Of a stretch of DNA of 64,000 bases, positions 62,275-64,000 are shown in pieces; position 1 is the stretch's first letter; every line of letters begins with the position of its first letter. Where the stretch lies: positions 177,165-241,164 of the forward strand of contig JAUSIS010000013.1 of assembly GCA_030647355.1 (NCBI GenBank), in the 5' to 3' direction. The position numbers and the translations under genes were made by a program. Under the pieces are notes generated by a model that made no database searches, was not told the DNA's origin, and worked only from the letters and a program-made list of their open reading frames with translations. The stretch is from a bacterium. GTDB taxonomy: Bacteria > Patescibacteriota > UBA1384 > VFKW01.

Positions 62275-62391
62275 TTCAAGACTGTCCCGACCAAACCCCT
62301 GTCCCACTTGAGAGCAATCTATTTGGCAAAGAGAAATAATCATCTATTTTGCCGAGAGATTGAAATCGAGTGGGAGCTCCGGCACCCCACC
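62275..62391 (-). pseudogene. 5' half of a second tRNA-Ser(TGA) with a hairpin inserted in the D-loop
   Basis: GGTGGGGTGCCGGAGC [62375-62298 hairpin] GGTTTGGTCGGGACAGTCTTGAA. Confidence 0.7.
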
Positions 62392-62584
62392 ATTTTATCT
62401 TAATTTACGCTATTAAGCCATTAGATTATATCAGAAAAAGCCCGAAAATCAAGTTATTACGCCTGTACATGCGAAAACCGCATCTCAACAATTGCTGCGA
62501 AAAATCTGTATTTTTGAAATTTGAAATTTGGATTTTGAAATTTACCTGTGTTATATTGTTCCTGTAGAGAAAAAAGGAGAAACT

Positions 62585-64000
62585 ATGGATGATCTCTCAT
62601 CATTCAATCAAACTATGCGTCGCCAAGACGAAGAAACAAACGCTCAAATGCTTGCAGCACAATACAGCGTCCCCTATATAAATCTTATCGGTTATCCAAT
62701 CGCTCCGGACATTCTATCAATAATTCCCCAAGAGCTAGCAGTTAAATATAACTCCATTGCTTTCATGCGAGCCCAAAACAAAGTCCATGTTGCCATACTG
62801 ACCCCGGAAAATCCCGAAATGATCAAATTCCTCCAAGAATTAGCCGTCAAGACAAAATACGAATTCGCCTTTGTTCTCTGTTCTCCCGCCAGCATCAATC
62901 ACGCCCTAGAATTATACAAAACCCTAAAACCCGACCAATCCTCCCATTCGTCCGACCAAATAGACACTTCCCAAACCTCTGCCGATGACATCCTTAAGGA
63001 TGTAAAAAATCTAACCGACCTAAAAGATAAAATCAAAACCATCTCCACCACGCAGCTTCTGGATGTCATTTTCGGTGGAGCAGTAAAAATTGATGCTGCC
63101 GACATCCATCTCGAGCCAGCGGAAAATGGAGTTAGAATTCGCTATCGAATTGATGGAGTCTTGCAGGAAGTCGCCATCCTGCCGCTCGATGTCTATAAGT
63201 CACTCAATTCCCGCATTAAATTTCTCTCCAATCTAAAACTGGACGTGAAAACCACCCCCCAAGATGGTCGCTTCAGCATAAAGACCGGCCCCACCGACAC
63301 CATAGATATTCGTATCTCCACCATGCCTGCCGCCTATGGCGAAATCATTGATATGCGCTTGCTCAACAGTAAAGATGAAATCGTTGACCTTGCCAATCTA
63401 GGAATCCGCCCTGATGCCCTAGCTCTCATCGAAGAAGCCGTCGCCAAACCAAACGGGCTGGTACTAAACACCGGTCCTACCGGTTCCGGTAAAACAACCA
63501 CCTTGTATGCAATACTAAATAAGCTCAACAAACCCGGAATAAAAATAATCACCCTGGAAGACCCAATCGAGTATAAAATACCTAATATCGATCAGGTTCA
63601 AATAAACGCCGAAAAAGGATACACTTTTGCCGCCGCTCTTCGCGCCTCCTTAAGGCAAGACCCGAACATTATTATGGTTGGGGAGATGCGTGACAAGGAG
63701 ACAGCCGAGATCGGTCTGCAAGCCGCTATGACTGGACATTTGGTATTATCAACCCTACACACCAACAATGCACCCGCCTCACTCGGTCGCCTCATGGATA
63801 TGGGTATTGAGCCCTATCTTCTAGCCGGCTCCATCAACCTGATTATCGCCCAAAGGTTAGTACGAAAAGTCTGCGTAAGCTGTAAAGGCAAAGGCTGCTC
63901 TATCTGCAATCATACCGGTTTCAAAGGCCGTATTGCGATCATTGAATGCCTGAAACCTAATGATGTTATAAACAATCTAATTATCCGAAAAGCCCCTCTC
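62585..64000 (+). CDS. GspE/PilB-family pilus assembly ATPase (3'-truncated by window)
   Basis: Read manually from ATG 62585 (AGGAG RBS): DIHLEP, RYRIDGVL, PQDGRF, TGPTGSGKTTTL, TLEDPIEY, LRQDPNIIMVGEMRD, TGHLVLSTLHTN. Confidence 0.95.
   Translation, partial: MDDLSSFNQTMRRQDEETNAQMLAAQYSVPYINLIGYPIAPDILSIIPQELAVKYNSIAFMRAQNKVHVAILTPENPEMIKFLQELAVKTKYEFAFVLCSPASINHALELYKTLKPDQSSHSSDQIDTSQTSADDILKDVKNLTDLKDKIKTISTTQLLDVIFGGAVKIDAADIHLEPAENGVRIRYRIDGVLQEVAILPLDVYKSLNSRIKFLSNLKLDVKTTPQDGRFSIKTGPTDTIDIRISTMPAAYGEIIDMRLLNSKDEIVDLANLGIRPDALALIEEAVAKPNGLVLNTGPTGSGKTTTLYAILNKLNKPGIKIITLEDPIEYKIPNIDQVQINAEKGYTFAAALRASLRQDPNIIMVGEMRDKETAEIGLQAAMTGHLVLSTLHTNNAPASLGRLMDMGIEPYLLAGSINLIIAQRLVRKVCVSCKGKGCSICNHTGFKGRIAIIECLKPNDVINNLIIRKAPL

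Noticed and set aside
62030-62391. Functional intron-containing or split tRNA
   Set aside because: The 3' anticodon-stem strand, variable arm and matching 5' T-stem strand cannot be found in the window
62267-62392. tmRNA-like gene on the + strand (GGGCTGGATTC...CCCCACCA)
   Set aside because: Too short, with no T-arm or tag ORF; better explained as a minus-strand tRNA-Ser 5' remnant
61968-62403. Three short ORFs over the tRNA locus
   Set aside because: Chance translations of tRNA and repeat sequence

Overview
Bacterial chromosomal window (standard code). The gene inventory and intergenic repeat style suggest Patescibacteria/CPR, which is an inference. 1-14.4 kb: scattered nucleotide-biosynthesis genes (pyrG, purF, guaA, pyrB, purC), a VanW protein and a K+-independent H+-pyrophosphatase. 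14.5-58 kb: a large surface-glycan region (GDP-heptose, GDP-fucose-type and dTDP-rhamnose pathways, ugd, two galE, many glycosyltransferases, two flippases, two O-antigen-ligase-like proteins, methyltransferases). Embedded in it is a SAM-I-riboswitch-controlled metK-pfkB-ahcY SAM-cycle operon that has accumulated toxin-antitoxin and ATPase cassettes. 59-62.4 kb: a tRNA-Ser locus with two intact tRNAs, several tRNA fragments and a LAGLIDADG endonuclease whose ORF ends inside a tRNA anticodon loop. A partial PilB/GspE gene closes the window. The most unusual signals are: (1) the tRNA-Ser/LAGLIDADG array, including an intact tRNA lying between remnant tRNA-Ser pieces; (2) two stranded copies of the ahcY 3' end marking integrase-free cassette gain; (3) palindromic elements inserted in frame into AhcY and into a tRNA D-loop, and heptamer tracts in PfkB and a riboswitch; (4) a two-copy structured element with compensatory base changes. 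No CRISPR array, rRNA, integrase or transposase was recognised.
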